Shown here: piece by piece, positions 1 through 10,829 of the stretch | How positions within the stretch are numbered: the first letter of the stretch is position 1 | Layout of the letters: each line of letters starts with the position of its first letter | Source: Gemmatimonadota bacterium | GTDB lineage: Bacteria > Gemmatimonadota > Gemmatimonadetes > Longimicrobiales > Gaopeijiaceae | DNA length: 64,000 bases | NCBI GenBank assembly: GCA_034521595.1 | Contig: JAXHMG010000003.1 | Coordinates: forward strand, 992,001 to 1,056,000 | Direction: 5' to 3' | Notes under the pieces: generated by a model | The model's input: only the letters and a program-made list of their open reading frames with translations | The model's database searches: none | What the model was told of the DNA's origin: nothing | Position numbers and translations under genes: made by a program

Positions 1-695
1 GCTCCGAGCCCACCTCCACAGGCCTGAGTCCGGCAACAGCGCCCCAGGCCGAATCCCTCACCGATATCGAGCGGAAGATCCTGGACTTCATGGTCCAGTA
101 CCTCCGAGCGAACACCTATCAGCCCTCGATCCGCGAGATCGGGCGCCGGTTCGGGATCAAGAGCACCAAGACCGTCTCGGAGCATCTTCACGTGTTGGCC
201 GAGAAAGGGTACCTGGAGCGGGACTCGTCCCGGTCCCGAGGGGTCAGGATCCTCGGGGTGGACTTGAGCACGGAAACGGTGTCCGTGCCGTGCTTCAGCG
301 AGATGCCGGACGATCCGGCCACGGCGGCGGAAGCGAGCGGGCTGGAACGGATGTCGATCGATCGCCGGCTCGGGGGGACCGAAGGCTCGTTCTTCCTGCG
401 CGCCAGCGGCGCCGACCTGGCCCTGCTCGGTGTCGAGGAAGGGGACCTCGTGCTCGTCTCGCCCGTGACGGCGACCTTGGTCGAGGACGGCGCGGTGGTG
501 CTGGCTCGGACCGGTGCGGGAACCGTTTTCCACCGTCTGCGTCGTAACGGCCGCGGCGTCGTGCTCGAGTCGCTCGGTTCCGAGAGTGAGCGGGTGGGGG
601 TCGACGACCCGGAGCAGCTCGAGCTTCTCGGCCGTGTGGCCGGCTTCTATCGCAGGATGGACGAGAGCGTCCTGCCCGCGCCCACGCGGCACTGA
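1..695 (+). CDS. lexA: LexA-like repressor (5' end upstream of window; catalytic residues degenerate)
   Basis: Frame is open from position 3 (..LTDIERKILDFMVQYLRANTYQPSIREIGRRFGIKSTKTVSEHLHVLAEKGYLERDSSRSRGVR), a LexA winged HTH; followed by an S24-like domain (FFLRASG..EEGDLVLV). Confidence 0.85.
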   Translation, partial: SEPTSTGLSPATAPQAESLTDIERKILDFMVQYLRANTYQPSIREIGRRFGIKSTKTVSEHLHVLAEKGYLERDSSRSRGVRILGVDLSTETVSVPCFSEMPDDPATAAEASGLERMSIDRRLGGTEGSFFLRASGADLALLGVEEGDLVLVSPVTATLVEDGAVVLARTGAGTVFHRLRRNGRGVVLESLGSESERVGVDDPEQLELLGRVAGFYRRMDESVLPAPTRH

Positions 696-709
696 TCCCC
701 GGGGATCCG

Positions 710-1201
710 GTGGATGAGCCGGTACCGGACGGGCGGTCCGGTGCAGGGGGGTCCGCCGCCGACGAGGGCTGGATGCGCCACGCCCTCGCCCTCGCCCGCG
801 CGGCCGCCGCCGAAGGGGAAGTGCCGGTCGGTGCCGTGTTGGTTCGGGACGGAGCGATCCTGGCTGAGGGGCAGAACCGGACGGTGCGCGACACGGATCC
901 CACCGCCCACGCGGAGGTGGTGGCCTTGCGTGCCGCCGGACGGAAGCAGGGAGACTGGAGGATCCTGCGTGCCACGTTGTATGTTACGCTCGAGCCGTGC
1001 GCCATGTGCGCCGGAGCTATCGTGTTGGGACGGGTCCCCCGGGTCGTGTACGCGGCCCCCGATCCGAAGGCGGGTATGGCCGGATCGCTCGGCAACCTGT
1101 TGCAGGACCGTCGCTTGAACCACTGGTGTGACGTGCACGCCGGCGTCTTGTCGGAGGAGTCCTCCCTTATGCTGCAGTCGTTCTTTCGAGCTCGCCGATG
1201 A
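710..1201 (+). CDS. tadA: tRNA adenosine(34) deaminase
   Basis: GEVPVGAVLV, DPTAHAE, TLEPCAMCAGA motifs. Confidence 0.95.
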   Translation: MDEPVPDGRSGAGGSAADEGWMRHALALARAAAAEGEVPVGAVLVRDGAILAEGQNRTVRDTDPTAHAEVVALRAAGRKQGDWRILRATLYVTLEPCAMCAGAIVLGRVPRVVYAAPDPKAGMAGSLGNLLQDRRLNHWCDVHAGVLSEESSLMLQSFFRARR

Positions 1202-2586
1202 GACTTCGCGGTCTGTTGCCCCTGTGCGCCGCGGCCCTCGCCACCGGGTGCACGGTCGTGGGCGCGCCCGTCCCGATCGCCACCCCGTCGGCCGGAGGCG
1301 ATCCCGACGAGCGGCCCGAGGGTCCCGCCGCCGAGGCTCCGGCCGTCGCCGATGAGGGCCCGGCCCGGGATCGGGCGCCGGAGCCGACGTTCACCGGCCT
1401 GCAGCCGGTCCGGACGTTCGAGGAGGTGCGCGCCCTCTGGGTGGTGCGGTCGACGATGACGAGCGAGGCGGAGGTCCGGACCATGGTGGACCGCGCCGCG
1501 TCCGCGGGCTTCAACACCGTGGTGGTGCAGGTGCGGGGGCGCGCGGACGCCTTTTACCGCTCCTCGCTCGAGCCCCGGGCGGAAACCATCACCGAGCCGG
1601 AGGGGTTCGATCCGCTGGCTCTCGCCATCGAGGAAGGACATCGGCGCGGGCTCGCGGTGCACGCCTGGGTGAACACCCATCTGGTCTGGGGGCCGGCCTC
1701 GCCACCCCGGAGCCCGGATCACATCCTGAACGCGAGACCCGACTGGCTGGCGGTGCCCAGAGCCCTCGCCGAGGAGCTCTACACGCTGGCGCCGAACGAC
1801 CCCCGGTACGTCGAGGCCCTCCGGCGCTACGCCGACCGAAACCGGAACACGGTCGAGGGGATCTACACGAGCCCCTCACATCCCGAGGTCCACGCCCGGG
1901 TCCATGCCGTCTGGATGGAGCTCCTCGAGCGCTATGACGTGGACGGCATCCACTTCGACTATGTCCGGTTTCCCTCGGGAGCGTTCGATTACTCGCGTGG
2001 CGCGTTGGAGCGGTTCCGAACGTGGGTCGCGGAGCGTGAAGGGCTCGGGAACGGGGTCGGGCGAAGCGCGGGTGCGGGCTTCACGTCGGCACGGGAAGCG
2101 TTGGCGTTCGTCGATGCCCGCCCCGACGCGTGGGCGGAGTTCAGGCGGGCTCAGGTGACCGGGCTCGTGCGCCGGATCTACCGTGACGTGAAGGCACGAC
2201 GGCCGGAAGTGGTCGTGTCGGCGGCGGTGATCGCGAATGCCGAGGACGCGTACCATCACCGCTTTCAGGATTGGAAGGGCTGGCTCGCCGAGGGAATCCT
2301 CGACATCGCGGTGCCCATGGCCTACACGACCGACGACGCGCGCTTCGAGCGGCAGGTCACCGAGGTGCGGCGCGCGGCCGGCGCCCGCGAGCGCGCGTGG
2401 GCGGGGATCGGCGCGTACCTCAACGGGCTGCAGGGCACGCTCGACAAGATCGACCTCGCGCGCGCGAGGGACGCCGGCGGGATCGTCCTGTTCTCCTACG
2501 ACTGGGCGGTCTCGACCGGGATGGAGGACGACACCCCGTTTCTGGAGCGGATCGGCCGGGAACGCTTCCGCGGGTCCGGGCCTTAA
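1198..2586 (+). CDS. GH10-like (GHL10/YddW-type) glycoside hydrolase lipoprotein
   Basis: Lipobox-like LATGC; EVRALWV, VQVRGRADAFY, VHAWVN, YDVDGIHFDYVRFP. Confidence 0.85.
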   Translation: MRLRGLLPLCAAALATGCTVVGAPVPIATPSAGGDPDERPEGPAAEAPAVADEGPARDRAPEPTFTGLQPVRTFEEVRALWVVRSTMTSEAEVRTMVDRAASAGFNTVVVQVRGRADAFYRSSLEPRAETITEPEGFDPLALAIEEGHRRGLAVHAWVNTHLVWGPASPPRSPDHILNARPDWLAVPRALAEELYTLAPNDPRYVEALRRYADRNRNTVEGIYTSPSHPEVHARVHAVWMELLERYDVDGIHFDYVRFPSGAFDYSRGALERFRTWVAEREGLGNGVGRSAGAGFTSAREALAFVDARPDAWAEFRRAQVTGLVRRIYRDVKARRPEVVVSAAVIANAEDAYHHRFQDWKGWLAEGILDIAVPMAYTTDDARFERQVTEVRRAAGARERAWAGIGAYLNGLQGTLDKIDLARARDAGGIVLFSYDWAVSTGMEDDTPFLERIGRERFRGSGP

Positions 2587-2590
2587 AGCA

Positions 2591-4528
2591 CTACGTCTCG
2601 TCCTCCACGCGGCTTCCGGCCAGCCTCAGGAAGACGAAGAGCAGCACGGCGCCCCCTCCGAGCGCCACCCAGATCGGGAGACCGTACGCCGTACCGATGT
2701 CCCCGAGCAGCATGCCCACCACACCGACGAGCAGGGCGTAGGGGAGCTGCGTGCGGACGTGGTCGATGTGGTCACACCCCGAAGCCATCGACGAAAGGAC
2801 CGTGGTGTCCGAGATCGGCGAGCAGTGATCGCCGAAGATCGCCCCCGCGAGCACCGAGCTGATCGATCCGAGCAGGATCGAGTACGCCGCCGTCTCCCCG
2901 AAGCCCTCCTGGTAGCCCCCGAGCGCCACGGTGAGGGGGATCACCAGGGGAAGAAGAATCGCCATGGTGCCCCAGGAGGTGCCGGTGGCGAACGACATGG
3001 CGGCCGCCGTCGCGAAGACGGTCACCGGCACGAGCGCGAGCGGGAGCCGCTCGTTCAGGAGCTGGGCGAGGTACTGGGAGGTGCCCAGCTCCTCGGTGAC
3101 CAGCCCCAGCGACCAGGCGAGCACCAGAATGATCATGGCGGTCATCATGGCGCGCATGCCGCCCACCATCGCGTCGACGCCTTCGCCGATGGTGAGGATC
3201 TTCTGGCCGGCCGAAAGCAGGATGGCCACGACGCAGCCCGCGAGCGAGCCCCAGAGCAGGGTGGCGAACGGATCGGCGGCGCCGAAAACGTCGCGTAGAG
3301 GCGCGTCGGGCCCGGCGCTCGCCCGTCCGGTGGCGTAGAGCCCCCAGAGCACGACCACGATGACCGTCAGCACCGGGATGCCGGCGTTCCACCAGCGCGC
3401 CTCGACGCCCTCCTTGGCCTGCATGCTTTCGGACTCCGTGGCCGCCGCGAGCTGGGCGCCGGGGCGGTAGAGGCCTCCGCCGGACGCCGCGCGCTTTTCC
3501 GCGGCGGCCATGGTGCCGAAGTCGAGGCGGGAGAAGGCGGTGAGCGCCGCGAAGTAGAGGGCCAGAAGCGGATAGAAACGGTACGGAATGGTCTCGATGA
3601 AGACGGAAAACGGGTTGGCGGCCAGGAGCGCCTCGGCGGCGGCCGGATTCTGCTCCGCCGCGATGCGGAGACCGTCCGCGATCAGGCTGATCTCGTAGCC
3701 CACCCAGGTCGAGAGCGGGACGATGGCTGCGAGGGGGGCGGCCGTCGAGTCCACCAGATAGGCCAGCTTCTCGCGGGAGATCTTCAGGCGATCCGTGATC
3801 GCCCGCATGGTGTTGCCCACGATGAGGGTGTTGGCGTAGTCGTCGAAGAAGATGGTCATCCCCGCGAGCCAGGTGGCGATCTTGCCGCGTCGCCGGGTGC
3901 GCGCGAACGGCGTCGCCGCCGCCACGATCCCCAGCGTGCCCCCGTTTCGGGAGATGATCCCGACCATCCCGCCCAGCAGGAGCGAGAAGACCACGATCTG
4001 AGGGTGCCCGCCGTCCAGGTCGCCCAGCGTGGGTACGACGAAGCGGTCGATGACCCGCCACGTGCCGGTGATCGGATTGAAGCCCGCGATGGCCCAGGCG
4101 CCGATCCAGACCCCGACGAACAACGCGGCCACGGCTTCCCGGAGCAGGAGCGCCAGCCCGATCGCGATGAGCGGGGGGATCACCGAGAACCACGCGGGCG
4201 TGTACGTCGGATCGATCTCGAGGCTCGCTCCCCCGAGGGAGATCGTGAGGGGAAGCAGGTCCCCGCTCGTGACGACCAGGTCCTCGATCGCGGTGTCTCC
4301 GGATGCGGTGCCCTCGGCCAAGACGCCCCCCGCCCGGTCGCGCACCACGTAGGCGGCCTCGCCGTCCAGCTCGACGGCGACGGTGAACGGCACCCCGCCG
4401 AGCACCACGTCCGGCACGTCGGTAACCCTCTGTGCCGAGAGCTCGGCGGGTCCGAGGAGTCCGAGTAGGGTGAGGAGTGCGCCGAGGAAGGCGGAACGCG
4501 AGCACGGCCGGAGCAAGCGCATGGGCAT
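2591..4528 (-). CDS. Na+/H+ antiporter NhaC-family protein with N-terminal signal peptide and soluble extension
   Basis: IFFDDYAN, SREKLAYLVDSTAAP, FATGTSWGTM, GDHCSPISDTTVLSS; start set at MPMRLL. Confidence 0.9.
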   Translation of the reverse strand: MPMRLLRPCSRSAFLGALLTLLGLLGPAELSAQRVTDVPDVVLGGVPFTVAVELDGEAAYVVRDRAGGVLAEGTASGDTAIEDLVVTSGDLLPLTISLGGASLEIDPTYTPAWFSVIPPLIAIGLALLLREAVAALFVGVWIGAWAIAGFNPITGTWRVIDRFVVPTLGDLDGGHPQIVVFSLLLGGMVGIISRNGGTLGIVAAATPFARTRRRGKIATWLAGMTIFFDDYANTLIVGNTMRAITDRLKISREKLAYLVDSTAAPLAAIVPLSTWVGYEISLIADGLRIAAEQNPAAAEALLAANPFSVFIETIPYRFYPLLALYFAALTAFSRLDFGTMAAAEKRAASGGGLYRPGAQLAAATESESMQAKEGVEARWWNAGIPVLTVIVVVLWGLYATGRASAGPDAPLRDVFGAADPFATLLWGSLAGCVVAILLSAGQKILTIGEGVDAMVGGMRAMMTAMIILVLAWSLGLVTEELGTSQYLAQLLNERLPLALVPVTVFATAAAMSFATGTSWGTMAILLPLVIPLTVALGGYQEGFGETAAYSILLGSISSVLAGAIFGDHCSPISDTTVLSSMASGCDHIDHVRTQLPYALLVGVVGMLLGDIGTAYGLPIWVALGGGAVLLFVFLRLAGSRVEDET

Positions 4529-4691
4529 GGACCGTCGTGGGTAAGGAGGACCGAACGAAGCTCGGGGGCTGGGAACCGCGCTATCATGGGGCGCCCCGTG
4601 GGGCGGTGACAACCCCGGCGCGACCATCGTTGACCCCGACGCGAGGAAGCCCGAACTTTCCGCCGCTTCGCTCCCGTCCCCGACCGAGCCC

Positions 4692-5252
4692 ATGCCCGAC
4701 GAACAGCGCACCCCCCTGATGGACGAGTCCGACGTGCGGCGAGCGATCGCCCGCATGGCCCGGGAGATCGTGGAGCGGAGCGGCGGAACGGATCACCTCG
4801 TGCTCATGGGCATCCACCGCCGCGGCACGCACATCGCCGAGTGGCTCCGCGGCGAGATCGAGGCGGCCGAGGAAGCGTCGCCCGCCACGGGCTCCATCGA
4901 CATCACCCTCTACCGCGACGACCTGGCCGAGATCGGGCCCCGACCCGTCGTGGGAGGTTCGGAGCTCCCGCCGGACGGCATCGACGACCGCACCGTGGTC
5001 ATCGTCGACGACGTGGCCTTCACGGGCCGGACCGGCAGGGCCGCGCTCAACGAGCTGAACGACTGGGGTCGGCCCCGGCGTGTGCTCTTCTGCGTCCTCG
5101 TGGACCGCGGGGGACGGGAGCTCCCGATCCAGCCCGACATCGTCGGCCGGGCGTTTCAGGTGCTGCCTCACCAACGCGTGGAGGTGATGGTGCCCGAGCT
5201 CGACGACGGTGTCGGCGTGTATCTGGTGGATCCGGAGGCGGGTGACCGGTGA
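4692..5252 (+). CDS. pyrR: Pyrimidine operon regulator / uracil phosphoribosyltransferase
   Basis: [37 protein letters not shown]. Confidence 0.95.
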   Translation: MPDEQRTPLMDESDVRRAIARMAREIVERSGGTDHLVLMGIHRRGTHIAEWLRGEIEAAEEASPATGSIDITLYRDDLAEIGPRPVVGGSELPPDGIDDRTVVIVDDVAFTGRTGRAALNELNDWGRPRRVLFCVLVDRGGRELPIQPDIVGRAFQVLPHQRVEVMVPELDDGVGVYLVDPEAGDR

Positions 5253-6220
5253 GCCGGCTCAGCGTCTCTCTCGGAAAGGATCTGATCGGCCTCGAGGATC
5301 TTTCCCGTGAGGACATCCTGGGCATTCTGGATACGGCCGAGCCCTTCAAGGAGATCTCCGAGCGGCGGATCAAGAAGGTGCCGGTGCTCCGTGGCAAGAC
5401 CATCGTGAACCTCTTCTTCGAGGCTTCGACGCGGACGCGGATCTCCTTCGAGTTCGCCGAGAAGCGGTTGAGCGCCGACACGGTGAACATCTCGGAGACC
5501 GGATCCTCGGTGGCGAAGGGCGAAACGCTCGTCGACACGGCCCGCAACCTCGAGGCCATGAGCATCGACATGGTCGTGATGCGGCACGGCGCCTCGGGAG
5601 CGGCCCGGTTCCTCGCCGACCGCATCCCTTCGAACGTCGTCAACGCGGGGGATGGCCAGCACGAGCATCCGACCCAGGCGCTCCTCGACCTGTTGACGAT
5701 TCGGGACCATCTCGGCCCGCTCGACGGATTGAAGGTCTGCATCGTGGGCGACATCCTGCACTCTAGGGTGGCGCGCTCGAACATCTACGGACTCCAGAAG
5801 CTCGGCGCCGAGGTCGCGGTGTGTGGCCCTCCCACGCTCCTGCCCGTCGCCCCGTCGGAGCTGGGGGTGGAGGTCTTCACGCGGATCGAGGAGGCCATCG
5901 AATGGGCCGACGCGCTCAACGTGCTCCGGCTGCAGCTCGAGCGCATGAAGAGCGGCTACGTGCCGAGCCTGCGTGAGTACAACCGGCTGTGGGGCGTCTC
6001 GAGCGCGCGGCTCGACGCGGCGAAGCGTGACGTCTTGGTGCTCCACCCGGGGCCGATGAACCGCGGAGTCGAAATCGACTCCGACGTCGCCGACGGGCCG
6101 CATTCCGTGATTCTGCACCAGGTCACCAACGGCGTGGCCGTGCGCATGGCGGTCCTCTACCTGCTCGCGGGTGGCCGTCCGGACAAGGCGGAAGCCGCCA
6201 AGCAGGGAGACGAAGCATGA
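5249..6220 (+). CDS. pyrB: Aspartate carbamoyltransferase catalytic subunit
   Basis: [36 protein letters not shown]. Confidence 0.97.
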   Translation: MSRLSVSLGKDLIGLEDLSREDILGILDTAEPFKEISERRIKKVPVLRGKTIVNLFFEASTRTRISFEFAEKRLSADTVNISETGSSVAKGETLVDTARNLEAMSIDMVVMRHGASGAARFLADRIPSNVVNAGDGQHEHPTQALLDLLTIRDHLGPLDGLKVCIVGDILHSRVARSNIYGLQKLGAEVAVCGPPTLLPVAPSELGVEVFTRIEEAIEWADALNVLRLQLERMKSGYVPSLREYNRLWGVSSARLDAAKRDVLVLHPGPMNRGVEIDSDVADGPHSVILHQVTNGVAVRMAVLYLLAGGRPDKAEAAKQGDEA

Positions 6221-7500
6221 GCGGGAAGACGTTGTTGCGGGGAGGACGGGTCGTCGACCCCAGCCAGGAGCTCGACGGCGTGAGGGACGTGCTCCTCGAG
6301 AGCGGGAAGGTCGTCTCCGTCGAGGCGGACACCACCGCCCCGGAGGACGCGGAGGTGGTGGACTGTACCGGCCTGGTCGTCACCCCGGGTCTGATCGACG
6401 TGCATGTGCACCTGCGTGAGCCGGGCGAAGAGCACAAGGAGACGATCGCCTCCGGTGCCGCGGCCGCTGCCGCGGGAGGGTTCACGGCCGTCTGTGCCAT
6501 GCCCAACACGGATCCTCCGATCGATGACCCGGCGGGCGTGGGCTTCGTGGCCGCGGAAGGACGGCGGGCCGGCAAGGCCCGGGTCTACCCGGTCGGCTGC
6601 ATCTCGGTCGGACGCGCGGGTGAGCGCCTCGCGCTCGTCGGCGAGATGGTGCAGGCGGGAGCGGTTGCGATCACCGACGACGGAAGCCCGGTCATGGACT
6701 CGGGGCTCATGCGCATGGCGCTCGAATACGCGCGGGCCTTCGACATCCCGGTCGCGGATCATCCGGAAGACATCGGCCTCTCACGTGACGGACACATGAA
6801 CGAAGGGCTCGTGTCGACCAGGCTCGGGCTCGTGGGGAAGCCGAACGCCTCCGAGGACGTCCACATCGTGCGGGACCTGCTCGTGGCGGAGCTGACCGGA
6901 GGCCACATCCACCTCCAGCACGTCTCCACCCGCTTCGGCGTCGAGTCCATCCGTCAAGCGAAGGCCCGCGGCGTGCGGGTCACGGCGGAAGCTTCGCCCC
7001 ACCACCTGGTCCTGACCCACGAAGCCGTCGAAGGCTACCGGACGGAGGCGAAGATGAACCCGCCCCTGCGGAGCGAAGAGGACCGGGCCGCGGTCCGGGC
7101 GGGACTCGCCGACGGGACGCTGGACACGATCGCCACCGACCACGCGCCCCACCACTACGACGAGAAGGAGGCCGCGTTCTCCGACGCCCCGAACGGGATC
7201 GTCGGGCTCGAAACGGCGCTCGGGGTCGTGCTCACCGAGGTCGTGGCGGAGGGCGTCATCGACCTGAGCACAATGGTGGAGCGGATGAGCTGCGCGCCGG
7301 CGCGCGCGTTCGAGCTACCGGGAGGGACCTTGGAGCCGGGTCATCCGGCCGACGTGACCGTGTTCGATCCCGAGGCCACGTGGACGGTCGAGCCCGCCCG
7401 GTTCGTGTCCAAGAGCCGGAACACGCCCTTCGTGGACTGGGAGCTGCGGGGGCGTGCCGTGCGGACCATCGTCGACGGGCGCACCGTCTGGTCGCGCTGA
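6217..7500 (+). CDS. pyrC: Dihydroorotase
   Basis: [29 protein letters not shown]. Confidence 0.97.
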   Translation: MSGKTLLRGGRVVDPSQELDGVRDVLLESGKVVSVEADTTAPEDAEVVDCTGLVVTPGLIDVHVHLREPGEEHKETIASGAAAAAAGGFTAVCAMPNTDPPIDDPAGVGFVAAEGRRAGKARVYPVGCISVGRAGERLALVGEMVQAGAVAITDDGSPVMDSGLMRMALEYARAFDIPVADHPEDIGLSRDGHMNEGLVSTRLGLVGKPNASEDVHIVRDLLVAELTGGHIHLQHVSTRFGVESIRQAKARGVRVTAEASPHHLVLTHEAVEGYRTEAKMNPPLRSEEDRAAVRAGLADGTLDTIATDHAPHHYDEKEAAFSDAPNGIVGLETALGVVLTEVVAEGVIDLSTMVERMSCAPARAFELPGGTLEPGHPADVTVFDPEATWTVEPARFVSKSRNTPFVDWELRGRAVRTIVDGRTVWSR

Positions 7501-7515
7501 CTCTCGCACACACGA

Positions 7516-7549
7516 AAGACCCGGGCCGCCGTTCGGTGGCCCGGGTCTT
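7516..7549. terminator. Stem-loop between convergent pyrC and rpsT (probable bidirectional terminator)
   Basis: aagacccgggccgcc-gttc-ggtggcccgggtctt inverted repeat. Confidence 0.75.
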
Positions 7550-7601
7550 CGGCTCTTTGACGAAGCGGGGAGCGTTCAAGCGCTCCCGGAGTCGATCGGG
7601 A

Positions 7602-7853
7602 TTACAGCGTGTTCACGTGCCGGGTGAGGCTGCTCTTGATGCGCGCGACCCGATTCGGATGCACCAACCGACGTGTGGCGGCGCGGTCGAGCAGGGCGAA
7701 AGCCTCACGGAGGAGCGTCGTGGCTTCCTCTTGGGAAGTGGATTCACGCACCCTCTTGACCGCAGTGCGCACACGTGCGCGCTCGGCCCGGTTCTTGGTC
7801 CGGGCGCGGGCACTGAGATTCATGCGCTTCTTCGCGCTCTTGATGTTCGGCAT
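7602..7853 (-). CDS. rpsT: 30S ribosomal protein S20
   Basis: MPNIKSAKKRM...LDRAATRRLVHPNRVARIKSSL. Confidence 0.96.
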   Translation of the reverse strand: MPNIKSAKKRMNLSARARTKNRAERARVRTAVKRVRESTSQEEATTLLREAFALLDRAATRRLVHPNRVARIKSSLTRHVNTL

Positions 7854-7967
7854 GGGTCGCTCGTGGACCGGTTTTTCGACAACTTGTGAGCCACGTAAGC
7901 TAGATCCGACCGGCAATGCGATCAACCGCCTCTTTTCCACCCCTTCGAGAGACTCGCTGACACCCGT

Positions 7968-8621
7968 ATGGACGCACTCGTGCTCATCGTCGTGCTCCTC
8001 TTCTCGATCGTCGTCCACGAAGTGGCGCACGCCTGGCAGGCGCGCAGGGAGGGGGACGACCTGGCGGAGCGCCTTGGCCGCATCACCTTGAACCCGATTC
8101 CCCACCTCGATCCCTTCGGATCCGTCCTGGTGCCGTTTCTGTTGTACGTCTCGGGCACGGGCATCCTGTTCGGATGGGCCAAGCCCGTGCCGGTCGACCC
8201 GTCTCGCTACCGCGATCCCGTATGGGGTGACGTGCGGGTCTCGATGGCCGGGATCGTGTCGAACCTGGGGCTCGTGGTGCTCGCCACGCTCGGCGCGGTC
8301 GCCCTGCTCGTCGCCGAGGGTTGGGTGGGCCCGCTAGGGACCGTGGGAGACGTGTGGCTGCGGGCCATGGAGTACGGGATCCTGATCAACCTGCTCCTCG
8401 CCTTCTTCAACCTCTTGCCCATTCCGCCCCTCGACGGATCGCACGTGGTCTTCCACATGCTGCCGGAGGGGCTTCGTTACCGGTACCGGGAGCTCGGACG
8501 CTACGGGCTGCTGATCCTCATCGGTCTGCTCTTCCTGATCCCCGGGCTGTTCCGCATCGTCCTCTGGCCCGTTTTCTTCTTCCGAGGGCTGGCCGACAGC
8601 TTCATCCGCCTGTGGATCTGA
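7968..8621 (+). CDS. Site-2 protease (M50 family)
   Basis: HEVAH zinc motif, GRITLNPIPHLDP, FNLLPIPPLDG. Confidence 0.95.
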   Translation: MDALVLIVVLLFSIVVHEVAHAWQARREGDDLAERLGRITLNPIPHLDPFGSVLVPFLLYVSGTGILFGWAKPVPVDPSRYRDPVWGDVRVSMAGIVSNLGLVVLATLGAVALLVAEGWVGPLGTVGDVWLRAMEYGILINLLLAFFNLLPIPPLDGSHVVFHMLPEGLRYRYRELGRYGLLILIGLLFLIPGLFRIVLWPVFFFRGLADSFIRLWI

Positions 8622-9418
8622 CCGTCGGCGAAGGCGCGCCCGAGCGCGGAGGCTTCTTTCTCGTCGACATCGAGCGGTTCCAGGGGCCGCTCGATCTCCT
8701 GCTGCATTTGATCCGCACGCAGGATATCGACATCCTCGACATCCCGATCGCGCGGATCACCGATCAGTTTCTCGTCGCCATCCAAGAGCTGGCCGTCGAC
8801 GACCTGGACGGGGCGGGCGAGTTCCTCGAGATGGCGGCGACGCTGGTGCGCATCAAGGCCCAGATGCTGTTGCCGCGGCCCGCCGAGGAGGAGGAAGAAG
8901 ACCCTCGTGCCGAGCTCGTGCGCCGTCTCCTGGAATACGAGCAGATCCGTGAGGTGACGCACCGCATGCGGGTCGCGGAGGCCGAGCGGGGCCGCCGGTT
9001 CGCGAAGGGGTACGTCCCGGTGCGGCCGAAGAAGCCGGAGGTGCAGTCCCCGTTGGAGACGACGTGGGAGGAGGTGTACGAAGCCGCCCTGGGCGTGGAG
9101 CTTCCGCACGCGAACGAGCGCACGCACCGCGTGACACCGCGAACGGTTTCGATGGAAGAGAAGTCGGTCCTCATCCTCGATGCGCTCAAGGAGAGCCCCC
9201 GTGTGGAGTTTTCCGGGCTGGTGTCGGGCTTCGGGGAGCGCATGCACGGGGTGATGACGCTGCTCGCCGGCCTCGAGCTGGGCCGCCGCCGCTTGCTCAT
9301 TCTGAGACAGACGCGGCCGTTCGCCGACCTCTGGCTCTACCGCCGTGAAGGGACGGACGACGAGTCCGAGCCGGTCGAGGCCCCCGACGACCCCGAGGCC
9401 GAAGGAGCTCACCCGTGA
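8612..9418 (+). CDS. scpA: Segregation/condensation protein A
   Basis: FQGPLDLLLHLI, EFLEMAATLVRIKAQMLLP, DPRAELVRRLLEY; start approximate. Confidence 0.93.
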   Translation: MDLTVGEGAPERGGFFLVDIERFQGPLDLLLHLIRTQDIDILDIPIARITDQFLVAIQELAVDDLDGAGEFLEMAATLVRIKAQMLLPRPAEEEEEDPRAELVRRLLEYEQIREVTHRMRVAEAERGRRFAKGYVPVRPKKPEVQSPLETTWEEVYEAALGVELPHANERTHRVTPRTVSMEEKSVLILDALKESPRVEFSGLVSGFGERMHGVMTLLAGLELGRRRLLILRQTRPFADLWLYRREGTDDESEPVEAPDDPEAEGAHP

Positions 9419-10041
9419 ATCCGCATCAGATCGTCGAAGCAGTCCTGTTCGCCTCCGACGCGCCGCTCACCGCGGACGAGATCACGCGGGCGGACGAAAC
9501 CCTGGATGAGGACGCGGTGGAAGCGGCGATCGAAGCTCTGAACGCGGAGTACGATGACGCCCAACGGGCGTTCGAGATCGTGGAGCTGGCCGAAGGCTAC
9601 CAGATCCTCACCCGTCCCGAGTTCTCGACCTACCTCGAGCGGTTCGACAACGTACCCCGACCGTCACGCCTCTCGGGGCCGGCGTTGGAAACGCTGGCCA
9701 TCATCGCGTACCGGCAGCCCATCGGCCGGCTCGAGGTGGAGTACATCCGCGGGGTGGGCGCGTCGGGGGTCATCCGCACGCTCCAGGAACGGCGCCTGAT
9801 CGAGGTCGTGGGGCGCGCCGAGAGCCTGGGACGGCCCCTTCTGTACGGCACGACCGGGCACTTCCTCGAACACTTCGGCTTCCGCTCGTTGGAGGACCTG
9901 CCGCGACCGGAGGAGTTGCCCGTGGTGCTCCGCGACCGCCCCGCGCTGGGCGTGGAGGACGAGGTCGAGGGAGCGGAAGACGAGACGAGCGACGCCGAGA
10001 AGGACGGAGGCGCTACCGCGCCGGAGGGCAGCCGCTCGTGA
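9415..10041 (+). CDS. scpB: SMC-Scp complex subunit ScpB
   Basis: VEAVLFAS, LSGPALETLAIIAYRQP, GRPLLYGTT. Confidence 0.95.
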   Translation: MNPHQIVEAVLFASDAPLTADEITRADETLDEDAVEAAIEALNAEYDDAQRAFEIVELAEGYQILTRPEFSTYLERFDNVPRPSRLSGPALETLAIIAYRQPIGRLEVEYIRGVGASGVIRTLQERRLIEVVGRAESLGRPLLYGTTGHFLEHFGFRSLEDLPRPEELPVVLRDRPALGVEDEVEGAEDETSDAEKDGGATAPEGSRS

Positions 10042-10799
10042 GCGACGGGATGCGCATCCAGAAGTTTCTCTCTCGGGCGGGCAAGGCGTCTCGCCGCGAA
10101 GCCGAGCGCCTCATGCAGGAGGGGCGGGTACGAGTCAACGGCGAGGTGGTCACGGAGCTCGGCACCCGAGTCGACGCGGACCGCGACGCCGTGGAGCTCG
10201 ACGGGGAGCGCGTCACGCAAGAGGCGAAGCGTTGGGTGGCGTTTCACAAGCCACCGGGCGTGCTCACGACACGCTCCGACCCGCATGGCGGCACCACGGT
10301 CTACGACGTGCTTCCCGAAGCGCTGGCGAGCCTCAACTACGTCGGGCGGCTCGATCGGGACGCCGAAGGCCTCCTGCTCATGACCAACGACGGAGACCTG
10401 GCCAACCGCGTTCAGCACCCGAGCGGCGAGGTGGAGCGAGAGTACTGGGTGGAGGCGGCCGGGGTCGTGGATGCGGGGGTGGTGCGCCGACTCACCTCCG
10501 GGGTCCGGCTCGAGGACGGGACGGCGCGGGCTCGCCGGGTTCGGGTGCTCGACGCGGGACCGACCGTCTCCCACCTCAGGCTCGTGCTCACCGAAGGACG
10601 GAAGCGCGAGGTGCGGAGGATGATGAGCGAAGTCGGCCATGGCGTGCTCCGGTTGAAGCGGCTCCGCTTCGGGCCCGTCAGGCTCGACGAGCTACCGCGA
10701 GGAGAGTGGCGCTCGTTGACGCCTCGGGAGCTCGACGGGCTCCGAAAGGTCCGGGCTCGGCCCCGCCGGTCGCGCGGGAAAGGGCGAGCGGACCGGTGA
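10038..10799 (+). CDS. rluB: rRNA pseudouridine synthase (RluB/RsuA family)
   Basis: S4 domain (RIQKFLSRAG.ASRREAE), VGRLDRD, EGRKREVRRM. Confidence 0.85.
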   Translation: MSDGMRIQKFLSRAGKASRREAERLMQEGRVRVNGEVVTELGTRVDADRDAVELDGERVTQEAKRWVAFHKPPGVLTTRSDPHGGTTVYDVLPEALASLNYVGRLDRDAEGLLLMTNDGDLANRVQHPSGEVEREYWVEAAGVVDAGVVRRLTSGVRLEDGTARARRVRVLDAGPTVSHLRLVLTEGRKREVRRMMSEVGHGVLRLKRLRFGPVRLDELPRGEWRSLTPRELDGLRKVRARPRRSRGKGRADR

Positions 10800-10829
10800 C
10801 GCGGCCCGCCGGACTTCTGCCGCCGCCTG

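Noticed and set aside
295-4505. Long alternative-frame and antisense ORFs (e.g. 295-1722, 2772-4505; also 34452-36929)
   Set aside because: Arg/Pro/Gly-rich shadows expected in high-GC coding DNA overlapping well-supported genes.
4530-4691. PyrR attenuator RNA upstream of pyrR
   Set aside because: No AGUCCnGnGAGGCU-type binding loop or U-tailed terminator recognised.
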